Assembly (NCBI GenBank): GCA_965226885.1
Contig: CBDDEL010000011.1
Span: 192,001-256,000, forward strand
Origin: Opitutales bacterium
GTDB lineage: Bacteria; Verrucomicrobiota; Verrucomicrobiia; Opitutales; UBA2987
Direction: 5' to 3'
DNA length: 64,000 nucleotides
Position 1 is the stretch's first letter, and every line of letters begins with the position of its first letter. Of this stretch, positions 31,206-41,606 are shown piece by piece. A program made the translations under genes and the position numbers. The notes below the pieces were generated by a model. The model was given only the letters and a program-made list of their open reading frames with translations, searched no databases and was not told the origin of the DNA.

Positions 31206-32001
31206 GGTAGTGTTAACATGACGAATGTTTGATATTGCTGTTGTATTCCCAGATGAACAAGCACAGGACGCGAAAATGCATGACCAAAGACTTCGAGAAT
31301 GACAGCGTTTTACGCACATAGCGTGACAGGGACTGTCGCAAGGTATTGTTCCAGCGTTCGATATGGGCGGTTTGGCCGGATTGTTTCCCGCTGGCGCTGT
31401 TGTGAGGGAAAACCTTGTCGTAGCTTTCCCAGTAATCGCTTACGGTGGCACAGTCGCGATAGGGCTGGGCGATGTTGTGATACAACTGCCAGCACGTTTG
31501 ATCGCTACGATCACCCAGAGAAAACCCGACGACCTGTCGGGTACGTCGACACAAGGCTACCCATAGCCATACCTGCCCCGAACGCTTATCGCCCCAGAAT
31601 GACCACACCTCGTCCAGTTCCAGCACATCACTACACTGGCGGGCAAGCAGAGTGGACTCCAGCTTCGGCAAACTCAGGACTTTTTTTTAATCCATTCGAT
31701 GACCGTCTTTGGGGCTACCCCGAAGGTACGGTAAATGGCACGCAGGCTCATCCGGTTTTGGTGCGCACGGAGCACCTGCTTGACCAGCGCCGGAGGATGC
31801 TCACGACTTTTGGGGTGAAGCCGAAACTGATAACCACACCCCTTGCATCGATACTTCTGAACCCCTTTCGGATCCTTGCCGTGCTTGATGATGTGATCGC
31901 TTCCGCATTGAGGACATTTTACTGTGATATGGACCATTCCCAGTTCACAACATAATCACGCTAAAAAGTACAGCTTAAACATTCAAAATGTTAACACTAC
32001 C
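31206..32001 (-). mobile_element. IS1-family element type A (insA 31674-31937, insB 31213-31671)
   Basis: Perfect 14-bp IR GGTAGTGTTAACAT; 8-bp duplication AAAAAAAT; InsA zinc finger CPQC...CKGC; InsB ELDEVWSF...IERWNNTLR; A8G with insB in the -1 frame. Confidence 0.95.
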
Positions 32002-32051
32002 AAAAAAATCATGATTTCCCCCCCATTAGCGAAAGCGTATCAAGTAAACTT

Positions 32052-32753
32052 ATGATTGACCCCGAACAGTCTACCACTCCTATTTCCAATTGGCGCCCCT
32101 ACCAGGCCCCGCCACTTAGCAGCGGCAGTTCCCGTGTCCTTTCCTATTTGAGCGCATTCGGGTTGGCTGTATTCATATTCCTGGCCTTGCCGATTACTCA
32201 ATTGCTTTCTGAAAAAGCATCGTCTTCCAGCTACATCGCTCTTGATACGGCCGCCATGCCTCCTCCTCCGGCTCCTCCGCCCGAACCTCCGCCCGAAGAG
32301 GAGGAAGTGGCAGAAGAAGACAAGCCGGAACTGGAACAGGAACTGCAGCCATTGGACTTGAGCCAACTGGATGTCGCCCTCAACCCGGGAGTTGGCGACG
32401 CTCTGGATATGGGCAACGCCATTCTCGGATTCGGAGTCACTCCGGACACCATTGCCCAGATGGACATTTTTGAACTCAAAGACCTCGATAACGATCCTCA
32501 GCGAGTTGTGGCGGTTGCGCCCGTTTACCCCTTCCAATTCAAGCGCGACGGCATAACCGGCTGGGTAAAGCTGATCATTGTCATCGACGAAAAAGGCAGG
32601 GTCATCAAAGCGGATGTGGAATCCTCCTCCCACCGGGAATTCGAGAGGCCGGCCATAGAGGCGATTATGCAATGGCGGTTCGAGCCGGGCACACGCAATG
32701 GCAAACCGGTCAAGGTCCGCCGTTTACAGCCCATATCTTATAGGCTTCGTTAG
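32052..32753 (+). CDS. tonB: Energy transducer TonB family protein
   Basis: TM anchor, Pro/Glu-rich linker, PVYP...GITGWV...IDEKGRV...WRFEPG..NGKPV C-terminal domain. Confidence 0.88.
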   Translation: MIDPEQSTTPISNWRPYQAPPLSSGSSRVLSYLSAFGLAVFIFLALPITQLLSEKASSSSYIALDTAAMPPPPAPPPEPPPEEEEVAEEDKPELEQELQPLDLSQLDVALNPGVGDALDMGNAILGFGVTPDTIAQMDIFELKDLDNDPQRVVAVAPVYPFQFKRDGITGWVKLIIVIDEKGRVIKADVESSSHREFERPAIEAIMQWRFEPGTRNGKPVKVRRLQPISYRLR

Positions 32754-32831
32754 TTTAGAGTCCAAAGACAGGATACAGCAGATATTTGAAGCCTGTGTCC
32801 ACCAGGTCAGGATGACGGAACAATCGTTGGC

Positions 32832-35204
32832 TTATTTCGTCTTCATTACCCAGACGCCATCCCATTTGCCTGCGGGACGATTTTTTGCCAAGTAGTCGCA
32901 ACGCTCGATATACATTTTCGAGCATCTGTCGTCGGGGTTGAGTTTCAATGCCTTTTGAAACATTTTTTTCGATGCCGCCCAATCCCCTTTTTTGTAATAA
33001 CTCACCCCGTTATTAAAGCATTCCAGGGTCTCTATCATGTTGGGAAAAGTGTCTTCCTTATGATAATCGAGGACTTCAAACACACCCACCGGTTTTGGTT
33101 TCCTTTTCACGATGACTTTGTCCACCTCGCGTGTGCGATAGGTGGATTTTAAATTCTTCATCGTATGTTCACTGATCAGAATCTTGGCCCCGTACTGCTT
33201 GCAGCCGCTTTCCAAACGGGCCGCCAGGTTCACCCCATCGCCGATCACCGTGTAGTCCATTCTCTTGGGTGAGCCGATGTTGCCGGAGACCACAAAGTCG
33301 GTATTCAACCCCACCCCGTGGTCGATGGTTCTTTTTCCCGCTTTAATGCGAGTATAATTAAAGTCGTTCAGCTCTGTCATCATGGATATGGCCGTGCGCA
33401 ATCCCCGGTCCGGGTCATCGTCGTGAGGAAAAGGCATTCCGAAAACGGCCATGATGGCGTCCCCTATAAATTTATCCAGCATGCCTCCCTCGTTCTGAAT
33501 GCAGTCCACCATAATGGTGAAATATTCGTTCAGCAGGCTGACGGTTTCCTGAGCTCCGAGTTCCTCCGTTAAGGTGGTGAAACTGCGGATATCGGAAAAC
33601 AAGACGGTGGCGATGCTGCTTTTGCCGCCCAGGACATCTTCACCGCCTTCCAGCAATTTGTCCGCCAGGCCGGAGTCCATATAGCGGGACATGGTCGATT
33701 TCATGCGCTTCTCACTGCTGATGTCTTCGATCATGATCATGAACCCGAGCTTTTCGTGTTTCACATTCATGAGAGGGTGAAAGCTAACGTTGACGGATAG
33801 TTTTTCACCGCCGAATTCCATCTCCGCATCAAAAAATTCGAGCGCCTCGTTTTGCTTTTCGACCATTTCCAGTTGTTCGGTAATCCATTGGTTCGGGCCG
33901 ACAAAAAACTCCTTGGCCTTTTTGTTCATAATTTCGGAAAAATCGGACACACCCAGGATTCGCAACCCGCAGGCGTTGCAGGTCACGATATTGCCATCCT
34001 CGTTAACGGTCAGAACACCGTTGGACATGCTCTCGAGGATGCCCTCGTTGTAATTTTTGATGTTCTGCACATCGTCGAAAAGTTTGGCGTTTTCGATGCC
34101 GATGGAAATCTGTGAGGTGAATGCGGCCAGCCGGGCTGCGTCCTCTTTTGTAAAAGGGCCGCCTCTTTTATTTAAAACCTGGGTTACGCCGATGGTCTTG
34201 CCCTCCTTGTTGAGAACCGGAATGCAAAGAATGGAACGGGTGAAAAACCCCGTCTGGCGGTCGAAAGCCGGGTTAAACCTGAGGTCGGCATAAGCGTGCG
34301 GAATATTAATGGTATCCCCGCTGGTGAAAACGGAACCGGCAATGCCCAGGTGGTTGGGCAGGCGGATCTGGGTGACCCCGAGGCCCTCTCCAACTTCCGT
34401 GAAAAGCTCGTTCGTTTTCTCATCGTTGATAAAAAGAGTGGAGCGCTCCGCATCAAGCATCTTGGTGATGGTTTTAATGATCTTTTGCAGGAGCGGAGCT
34501 AGTTTGAGCTCGGAGGAGACTTGCGCCACAAGATCGAGGAACTCCATTTCCTGCCGCCGGGTCTCCTTCATTTGTTCGATCACCAGATTGCCTTGCAGGG
34601 CGAAGGCCGCCTGGTCGGTCATGGCTCCGAGCAACTCGAGATCGTTTTCCGTAAATTCACCGTCGAGCTTGTTTAAAATCTGGGTAACGCCGATTTTTTC
34701 CCCGCTTAACGATTTAAGCGGAGCGCACAGAATGTTACTGGTTCTAAAACAGGTGCGATCGTCAATTTCATGATTAAAGCGATCATCTTTGTAGGCGTCG
34801 TGGATGATGACTCCAGCGTCATGGGAAAAGCACCAGCCAATGACCCCGCTAGTGTTTAAAATCCTGATTTCCCTTCTAAAATTTCCCTGGGCCACCCGCG
34901 AATACAGCTCGCCGGTCTGGCTGTCGTTGAGAAAAATGGAGCCCCTTTCCGCGCCGATAGCCGAAGTCGTTATGTCCACCAGGGTTTCCAGGGCGTCGTC
35001 CAAAGTTTTGGAAACCGCCAGGTCGTTCGTCACTTTGAGGAGCATTTGGGCGAACCCGCGAGTCCTCTTCAAACGACTCATATTTTTACTAGTCTTTTTA
35101 GGGGAACCGTTATCGCCCGATTTTTTATTTTTCTCTGCCGGTTCCTTCAAAGGCGTCGTCTCTGCTCGTTCAATACGAGGTTCTTTCAATGTTTCACTTT
35201 GCAT
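32832..35204 (-). CDS. GAF-GAF-PAS class III adenylate/guanylate cyclase with C-terminal TPR
   Basis: Two GAF domains with NKxxxxF...D motifs, PAS (ILESMSNGVLTVN), cyclase FSDIRSFT, DKFIGDAIM, YTVIGDGVNLAARLE, TPR-like tail. Confidence 0.93.
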   Translation of the reverse strand: MQSETLKEPRIERAETTPLKEPAEKNKKSGDNGSPKKTSKNMSRLKRTRGFAQMLLKVTNDLAVSKTLDDALETLVDITTSAIGAERGSIFLNDSQTGELYSRVAQGNFRREIRILNTSGVIGWCFSHDAGVIIHDAYKDDRFNHEIDDRTCFRTSNILCAPLKSLSGEKIGVTQILNKLDGEFTENDLELLGAMTDQAAFALQGNLVIEQMKETRRQEMEFLDLVAQVSSELKLAPLLQKIIKTITKMLDAERSTLFINDEKTNELFTEVGEGLGVTQIRLPNHLGIAGSVFTSGDTINIPHAYADLRFNPAFDRQTGFFTRSILCIPVLNKEGKTIGVTQVLNKRGGPFTKEDAARLAAFTSQISIGIENAKLFDDVQNIKNYNEGILESMSNGVLTVNEDGNIVTCNACGLRILGVSDFSEIMNKKAKEFFVGPNQWITEQLEMVEKQNEALEFFDAEMEFGGEKLSVNVSFHPLMNVKHEKLGFMIMIEDISSEKRMKSTMSRYMDSGLADKLLEGGEDVLGGKSSIATVLFSDIRSFTTLTEELGAQETVSLLNEYFTIMVDCIQNEGGMLDKFIGDAIMAVFGMPFPHDDDPDRGLRTAISMMTELNDFNYTRIKAGKRTIDHGVGLNTDFVVSGNIGSPKRMDYTVIGDGVNLAARLESGCKQYGAKILISEHTMKNLKSTYRTREVDKVIVKRKPKPVGVFEVLDYHKEDTFPNMIETLECFNNGVSYYKKGDWAASKKMFQKALKLNPDDRCSKMYIERCDYLAKNRPAGKWDGVWVMKTK

Positions 35205-36170
35205 TCTGCTGATCCAGTTTTGCTCGAAGGCTACCGATAGTATCCTTGAATTGATTGCATTGATTGTTGGTTGTGGCGATAATTTTTTGAAGGCGTTCGT
35301 CGCATTCGAATTTCATTGCTTCCAGATTGTCCCTAAGGGAATTTACCGTTTCACTCAACTGCTTGTTTTCATTGTTGACGGTGGAAAGTTGCTTTTGAAT
35401 GCGTTCCTTTTCCCCGAAATAGGCTTTGTCCATTTCATCCCTCAAGGCATGGGAAAGGGATTTGAGCTGCCGGTTTTCCTCGGTCAGGGCAGCCACCGCT
35501 TTTTGCATACGGCTGTCTTGATCGATATTCAATTTTTCCAATTCGTCGCGGAGCGAGTGGATGGTTTCGAGCAGTTGTTTGTTTTCCCTGGTTGATTCTG
35601 CCACTGCTTTCTGGATTCGCTCATCCACCCCGATGCGGGAATTTTCCAGTTCTTCACGCAGGGCATTTACGGTTTTCTTGAGCTGAATATTTTCGGCCGT
35701 CAATTTGGAAATGGCTTTCTGGATTCGCTGGTCCTCGCCAATGCGGGCTTTTTCGTGCTCATCGCGGAGCGCGTTTATGGTTTGCTTGATGAGCCTGTTT
35801 TCGGATGTCAGGGAAGCCACGGCCTCCTGGACTCGTTCGTCCACAATGAAATGGGCTTTTTCCAGTTCATCGCGGAGCGAATCAACGATGCCCTTCATCC
35901 CATTCACTTCGTTGTGGGCGCCGGCAATCGCTTTCTGCCTCCGTTTATCCTCCCCGATGCGCTCCATTTCCAAATTATCGCGGAGGGCATTTATCTGGCT
36001 TTCTGGCTTATAAGTTCTTTTATTTCGACTTTGGATTGAGCCACAGATTTCTGTATGCGGTCATCCACACCGATCCGCGATTTCTCCAATTCTTCACGCA
36101 TACGGTCAATGGTTTCCCGCAAATGGCGGTTTTCCATCTGCTCTTCGTGAAGCTGTTCGTATTGAATCAT
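35194..36170 (-). pseudogene. 36-aa tandem-repeat alpha-helical/coiled-coil protein, frameshifted by an 8-bp duplication
   Basis: GAGGAG RBS + ATG at 36170. TCTGGCTT is duplicated at 35994-36009; removing one copy fuses ORFs 35991-36170 and 35194-35973 into 322 aa with 8 full repeats plus a partial one. The stop overlaps the cyclase start. Confidence 0.85.
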
Positions 36171-36374
36171 GCTCCTCAATAGCCCTTTCCGAGGCGGATA
36201 TCTAAGTAAGTTTTGGCTCTTCCAAGGTGTATCACGCAGTTGTCAAACCCCTTGGCAATTCGAGAACTGTGAGGCTGGAATTGAAGATATTGCAATTTTT
36301 TTGGGAAAAAAGCAAGGCTTTGCGGACGCTCTCTGTGTCCGGCCCTGCCGTTTAAAATTTGGCCGTAAACCGGT

Positions 36375-38375
36375 CTACCACTGGGGGCTCATGCGCACAT
36401 GGAGGGTTTCGTAGCGATCTTGCGGGATTTCCTCGATGAAGCGGCTCGGTTTCAATCGTATAGGCCCGCCGCCCTGTGCATTGACCATGGGATAGCTCAA
36501 ATAAAGTTCATCCCGGGCCCTGGTCACGGCTACATAAAAAAGCCTTCGCTCTTCCTCCAGATTGTCCTCCTCGATGGCCCTTCGCAGCGGAAAAAGGCCG
36601 TCCGCCAGGCCGATCACAAAAACCACTGGGTACTCCAGACCCTTGGCCTGATGAATGGTGGTCAGGCGCAGGCAATCCTCCGACATATCTACGGATCGGT
36701 CGCCGGTTTCGGAACTGAGGAGGGCCAGTTGGGCCAGCAGTTCGTTGATTTCATCGTAGCGCCCGGCAAATGAAATGAGGCTTTCCAGGTCTTCGGAGCG
36801 GCTGGACCAGTTGGGCCAATGGTTTTTTCCGAAACTTTCATACCAGCCTTCCACGGCCACGCGAACGGTTTCCTGGGGTGAGCGGGTTCGCATCGTTTCT
36901 TCGATATCGACCAGGGTCAGGGCCAGATCCGCCCAGTCTTCCTTCGCTGCGGCCGGGATTTTGAGATCTTTGGAAAATAGAGCCTGGAGCAAAGAATTTT
37001 TTTCATCCTGGGCGATTTGATGAAGTTTTTCAAACACCCGGTAAGCCGTTTTTTCACCGATTTTTGGCAAGAGGCAGGCAATCCGGGAAAAGGCCGCGCT
37101 ATCACCTGGATTGACCATAAACCTAAGTTGCGCCACCAGGTCCCGGATATGGGCCTGTTCGAAGAAACGCACACCGCTGGTGATGATAAAGGGTATCCCT
37201 TGCCGCGAAAGCTCGATTTGCAAATCGAGAGAGTGGTAATGAGCCCGGTAGAGAATCGCGATATCGGAAAGCTGCAGACCCTCCTCTTCAACCAAGGCAT
37301 CAATGCGCTTGATGATGATGTGGGCCTGCTGCCGCCCATCCATGACCTGAAGCAGGTAGGGAATTTCCCGCTGAGGCCGTACCGCCAGCAATTCCTTTCG
37401 ATAGGCCGGATCGATATTCTGGGCGTCGAGCACACTGTTGGCCAGGCCGAGAATTTGCGGCGTGCTTCGGTAATTCGTTTCGATCTTGTAAATTTTCGTG
37501 CCCGGATGCCGTTTGGGAAAGGACATGATGTTGTCGTAACTGGCCCCCCTCCAGGTATAGATGCACTGGGCTTCGTCTCCCACCGCCATAATCCGGTGGT
37601 GCGAGCCGATCCGGTCGATGATTTCCGTCTGCAAGCGGTTGGTGTCCTGATATTCGTCCACCAGAAGGTATTGGAAACGATCCGTGCAATAGGGCGCCGC
37701 CACCGCATCCGTGCGTAGCAATTCCAGCCATAGATCGAGCAAATCGTCAAAATCGACGACCTGCGCTTTCCTTTTGCGAAGGGTGTAAGCATTGAAAAAA
37801 TCCTCCATCGGGCCCGCCAATACTTTAAAACCGCCGTAGCGGCTCTCGATGGTTTCCATCAAACTGTTTTGTGTATTGCGGGCCAGACTGATGATGCCGG
37901 CAATGACTTTGGCTTTGGGGTTGTCCTTGGTCTTGAGGAACGAAGCGTCAACACCCCTGATGGTGTCCTTGAGCATCGATTCCGCCTCGCCTTGGTCCAT
38001 GATGGTGAAATTCGGCTCCAACCCGAGGCTGCCGCCATGTATCCGCAGGATTTTCTGGCCGATGCTGTGAAAAGTGCCTCCCCAGAACTGTTTTCTCTCT
38101 ATTCCCGTAAGGTCCTCAACCCGTTCCAGCATTTCCCGGGCCGCCTTGTTGGTAAAAGTCAAAAGCAATATATTCCACGGGCGCATGCCCTGCTCCAGCA
38201 GCCAAGCCACCCGGTAGGTGAGTGCGCGGGTCTTGCCGGAACCGGCCCCCGCCAGAACCAGGGCCGGGCCGGGCTCCGCAGTAACCACACTGAACTGCTC
38301 GGGGTTAAGCGCTTTTTCGTAATCGATGGGGCAAAACTCTTCCAGCTTCGCCATGCTCTGGCCATTGGTTTCCAT
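36375..38375 (-). CDS. UvrD/PcrA-family ATP-dependent DNA helicase
   Basis: AGAGSGKT, TFTNKAA, VDEYQD, VGDEAQCIY, NYRST, TIHQAKGLE, EERRLFYVAVTRA. Confidence 0.95.
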   Translation of the reverse strand: METNGQSMAKLEEFCPIDYEKALNPEQFSVVTAEPGPALVLAGAGSGKTRALTYRVAWLLEQGMRPWNILLLTFTNKAAREMLERVEDLTGIERKQFWGGTFHSIGQKILRIHGGSLGLEPNFTIMDQGEAESMLKDTIRGVDASFLKTKDNPKAKVIAGIISLARNTQNSLMETIESRYGGFKVLAGPMEDFFNAYTLRKRKAQVVDFDDLLDLWLELLRTDAVAAPYCTDRFQYLLVDEYQDTNRLQTEIIDRIGSHHRIMAVGDEAQCIYTWRGASYDNIMSFPKRHPGTKIYKIETNYRSTPQILGLANSVLDAQNIDPAYRKELLAVRPQREIPYLLQVMDGRQQAHIIIKRIDALVEEEGLQLSDIAILYRAHYHSLDLQIELSRQGIPFIITSGVRFFEQAHIRDLVAQLRFMVNPGDSAAFSRIACLLPKIGEKTAYRVFEKLHQIAQDEKNSLLQALFSKDLKIPAAAKEDWADLALTLVDIEETMRTRSPQETVRVAVEGWYESFGKNHWPNWSSRSEDLESLISFAGRYDEINELLAQLALLSSETGDRSVDMSEDCLRLTTIHQAKGLEYPVVFVIGLADGLFPLRRAIEEDNLEEERRLFYVAVTRARDELYLSYPMVNAQGGGPIRLKPSRFIEEIPQDRYETLHVRMSPQW

Positions 38376-38459
38376 ATTCGAATTGATGGCCTTAAAGCAT
38401 AAGATGCCCAATGGGAAACCTTCTTTTTCCAGGAGCGAATAATAATGGAATTGCCAGCT

Positions 38460-39575
38460 TCAGGCCAGTGTCACGAGGGAGTCCCGGTGCACCACTTCGA
38501 GCCGCTTGCGACCTGGAAATTGCGACTGTATCTGGTCCGTATCCCGGCCTGCCACATGGGCCAGATCGGAGCTGTCGAACTGGCTTATGCCGCGAGCGAA
38601 ATTGGCCCCGTCGGGCTGTTCGATGCTGATAATGGCTCCGGCCTGAAATTCACCGCTATAACCGGTCACCCCCTTGGGCAATAGGCTGCCGCCCTTGTGC
38701 AGCAAGGCATGGCGGGCCCCTTCGTCAACCCGCACCGAGCCTTCCGATTGTTCAAAAAATGCAAGCCATCGTTTCTTTGAAACAAGCGGTATCTTGCATG
38801 GAATAAAAAAAGTTCCCTTGGCCTTTCCCTCAAAAATACGCGCCAGTATATCCGTTTTTTGGCCGCTTCCGAGAAATACACCGCACCCCGATCGGATGGC
38901 AATTTTGGCCGCTTCTATCTTGGTCTTCATGCCACCCACGGAAGTGACGCTGTTGGTGCCCTTGGCCATGCTTTCGATTTTAGGGGTGATTTTTTCCACC
39001 ACCGGGACAATACCGTTCGAATCGGTCAAATCCATAAGACCATCAATGGTGGACAGGATAACCAGCATTTCGGATTTTGTCAGGCTGGCCACCAAGGCCG
39101 ATAAAATGTCATTGTCTCCGAACCGGTGGCGCAATTCATCCGCACTGACTGAATCGTTTTCGTTGACAATCGGCGCCACCCCGCAAGTCAATAATTTCTC
39201 GAAAAGGTCTTTCACCGCCACATGGCGTTTTCTGCTGCGCACATCTTCGCGGGTCAGCAAGAGTTGGGCCACCGTAATATTATAAGGGTTGAACCCGGTT
39301 TGCCAAGTATCGGTTAAAATGCTCTGCCCCACCGCGGCGCAAGCCTGCAAGTCCGTCAGGCTGGTGGGGCGCTTACGGTAGCCAAGCTTGTTCATGCCCA
39401 GCCCGACTGCGCCCGAACTCACTACAATGACCTGTAGGCCGCGGGAGCGAAGCTGGCTCACCTGCCGGCAAATGCCATTGATACGCTCCACATCGATGGA
39501 GCCTTCTTCCGTGGTCAGAAGTCTTGTGCCCAGCTTGATGACTACGCGCCGGGTTTTTTCAAGAAGAGAGTGCAT
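38460..39575 (-). CDS. proB: Glutamate 5-kinase
   Basis: VIKLGT, SSGAV, AAVGQ, NENDSV, FGDND, GGMKTK, C-terminal PUA domain. Confidence 0.96.
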   Translation of the reverse strand: MHSLLEKTRRVVIKLGTRLLTTEEGSIDVERINGICRQVSQLRSRGLQVIVVSSGAVGLGMNKLGYRKRPTSLTDLQACAAVGQSILTDTWQTGFNPYNITVAQLLLTREDVRSRKRHVAVKDLFEKLLTCGVAPIVNENDSVSADELRHRFGDNDILSALVASLTKSEMLVILSTIDGLMDLTDSNGIVPVVEKITPKIESMAKGTNSVTSVGGMKTKIEAAKIAIRSGCGVFLGSGQKTDILARIFEGKAKGTFFIPCKIPLVSKKRWLAFFEQSEGSVRVDEGARHALLHKGGSLLPKGVTGYSGEFQAGAIISIEQPDGANFARGISQFDSSDLAHVAGRDTDQIQSQFPGRKRLEVVHRDSLVTLA

Positions 39576-39604
39576 GACGATTTAGCAGGTTATTGATATA
39601 GGTC

Positions 39605-39692
39605 TCAGGTGTCAGGTTTCAGGTTTCGAGATGCATGATGCACGGTGCAGATTGAATTTGTCGAGTCCTGACACCTGAAACCTGACGCCTGA
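39605..39692. repeat. Inverted heptamer arrays forming an intergenic hairpin
   Basis: TCAGGTG-TCAGGTT-TCAGGTT ... CCTGACA-CCTGAAA-CCTGACG-CCTGA; 18/19-nt inverted match. Confidence 0.8.
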
Positions 39693-39725
39693 TTCCTTCG
39701 CCCATCACCCGCGGGGTGTACTCAA

Positions 39726-40295
39726 TTAAAGCGTGGTCAACTCGTTTTCTTTTCGGGCCAGGTGCTCCCCGATTTTCTCGACATGGGAATCGGTATCCTT
39801 TTGCACCTCTTTTTCGTGTCGTTTGAAATCGTCCTCCGAGATCTCCTTGTCCTTTTGCATTTTCTTGAGGGCTTCCAACGCGTCCCGCCGGGCATGACGT
39901 ACGCTGATGCGGCCCTCTTCGGCCATGGTATGAGCTATTTTTACCAGTTCTTGCCGTCGCTCCCGGCTCAACTCCGGAATGTGTATGTGGATGACCGTCC
40001 CCGCGACTGTCGGATTCAGCCCCAGTTTCGCCGTTTGTATGGCCTTTTCCACATCCTGAACAACCGATTTGTCCCAAGGCTGCACTTGAATCGTCCGCGC
40101 ATCCGGCGTGGTGATGGCTGCAATCTCCCGCAGGTGCATAATACTGCTACCATAGGCTTTAACATGCACCTGAAGGTTCTCGATCAGCCCCGGAGACGCT
40201 TTCCCCGTATGCAGAGTGTTGAATTCGTGAGCGGTGAACTCCACCGCTTTTTCCATACTTTCCTCGGCTTCCAGAAGCACCGTTTCGTAGTCCAT
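39726..40295 (-). CDS. frr: Ribosome recycling factor
   Basis: TGKASP, QPWD, LGLNP, PELSRERRQELVK, RHARRD. Confidence 0.96.
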   Translation of the reverse strand: MDYETVLLEAEESMEKAVEFTAHEFNTLHTGKASPGLIENLQVHVKAYGSSIMHLREIAAITTPDARTIQVQPWDKSVVQDVEKAIQTAKLGLNPTVAGTVIHIHIPELSRERRQELVKIAHTMAEEGRISVRHARRDALEALKKMQKDKEISEDDFKRHEKEVQKDTDSHVEKIGEHLARKENELTTL

Positions 40296-40334
40296 GGCAG
40301 ATAGGGGATAAAGGGTTGATACTTTAAGTTAAAG

Positions 40335-41075
40335 TTAATGAATCAAGGTGCCCACCTTTTCGCCCTGGACGGCCCTTTTAATGGTCCCGAGTTCGTTCAT
40401 GTTCAAAACCAGGATGGGCATGTCATTGTCCAGACAAAGTGAAAATGCGGTTGAATCCATAACCCTAAGCCGATCTTTAAGCGCGTCAACAAACGATATT
40501 TCGTCATATTTGACGGCATCGGGGTGCTCCATCGGATCTTTATCATAAACCCCGTCCACCTTGGTTGCCTTAACCACTAGATCGGCCCCGAGTTCACTGG
40601 CCCGCAAGGCGGCGCATGTGTCGGTCGAAAAGTAAGGATTCCCCGTCCCCGCCGCCAGAATGACAATGCGGCCTTTTACGAGGTGGCGCATGGCCCGCCG
40701 GCGGATGAACGGTTCGGCCACCTTGTCCATCGGGATGGCGCTCATGAGGCGGACCTCCAGACCTGCTTTTTCCAGGAAATCGAGAAAAGCCAAGCCATTG
40801 ACCACCGTTGACAACATGCCCATGAAATCCCCCGTGGTGCGGTCGATTCCCCGCGTTCGCTCCCCTGAAAGACCCCGAAAAATGTTACCACCCCCGATAA
40901 CCAGCCCGATTTGCACCCCGAGGTCGTGCACCTCTTTTATTTCCTGGGACATGGTCTGCAATATGCGGCCACTGATGGGGTTGCCCGTTTCGGGATTGCG
41001 CAAGGCCTCCCCGCTGAGCTTGAGAATGATGCGTTTATATTTGAGACCGGGGGCGCCGGTTGAGTCATTTCCCAT
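40335..41075 (-). CDS. pyrH: UMP kinase
   Basis: LKLSGEAL, GGGNIFRG, GTGNPYFSTD, KVDGVY, VMDSTAF. Confidence 0.97.
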   Translation of the reverse strand: MGNDSTGAPGLKYKRIILKLSGEALRNPETGNPISGRILQTMSQEIKEVHDLGVQIGLVIGGGNIFRGLSGERTRGIDRTTGDFMGMLSTVVNGLAFLDFLEKAGLEVRLMSAIPMDKVAEPFIRRRAMRHLVKGRIVILAAGTGNPYFSTDTCAALRASELGADLVVKATKVDGVYDKDPMEHPDAVKYDEISFVDALKDRLRVMDSTAFSLCLDNDMPILVLNMNELGTIKRAVQGEKVGTLIH

Positions 41076-41265
41076 GGTTGAAGTTAATTGAGGAAAAAAA
41101 GCGGCAGCGTCAACCCAATGCTGGGCCTATAAATTCCATTTTCCCAACCCCCGGCGGCCACCCGGCTCCGGTAATTCCGCCCCAAGGCATAAAGTGGAAA
41201 CTTGACGCCTCCCGGAAAGTTGCTAAAAAACCGGTAAAAGAGGCCGATAGGGCTTCTTCTTGTAT

Positions 41266-41339
41266 TGCCCGGTGGTGTAATGGTAGCACAGCTGGTTTTG
41301 GTCCAGCCAGTCAAGGTTCGAACCCTTGCCGGGCAGCCA
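41266..41339 (+). tRNA. tRNA-Gln(TTG)
   Basis: Acceptor TGCCCGG/CCGGGCA, anticodon arm GCTGG-TTTTGGT-CCAGC, T-loop GGTTCGAA, encoded CCA. Confidence 0.96.
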
Positions 41340-41606
41340 TTTCGCCGGGGACGGAGCAGTAATTTGCCGAAAAAGTTACATTTTGCCGGTTAACCCAAAA
41401 TTGAGTCTTATCTGGAAAACTATTGAAAAGAGAGGAACTCACAATCAAGACTTCTGAATACCATAACCCTTATTATTACGAATATACTTTCGTCGATCAT
41501 CACTTTGGGGGAGGGAAGTTTTACGGTGTGGAACTGACTCCGTTGGGCGAAGTGTCCCGGCCCATGGATTGCTGTTACCGCTGCCAATAACGAATAGGAG
41601 ACTTGG

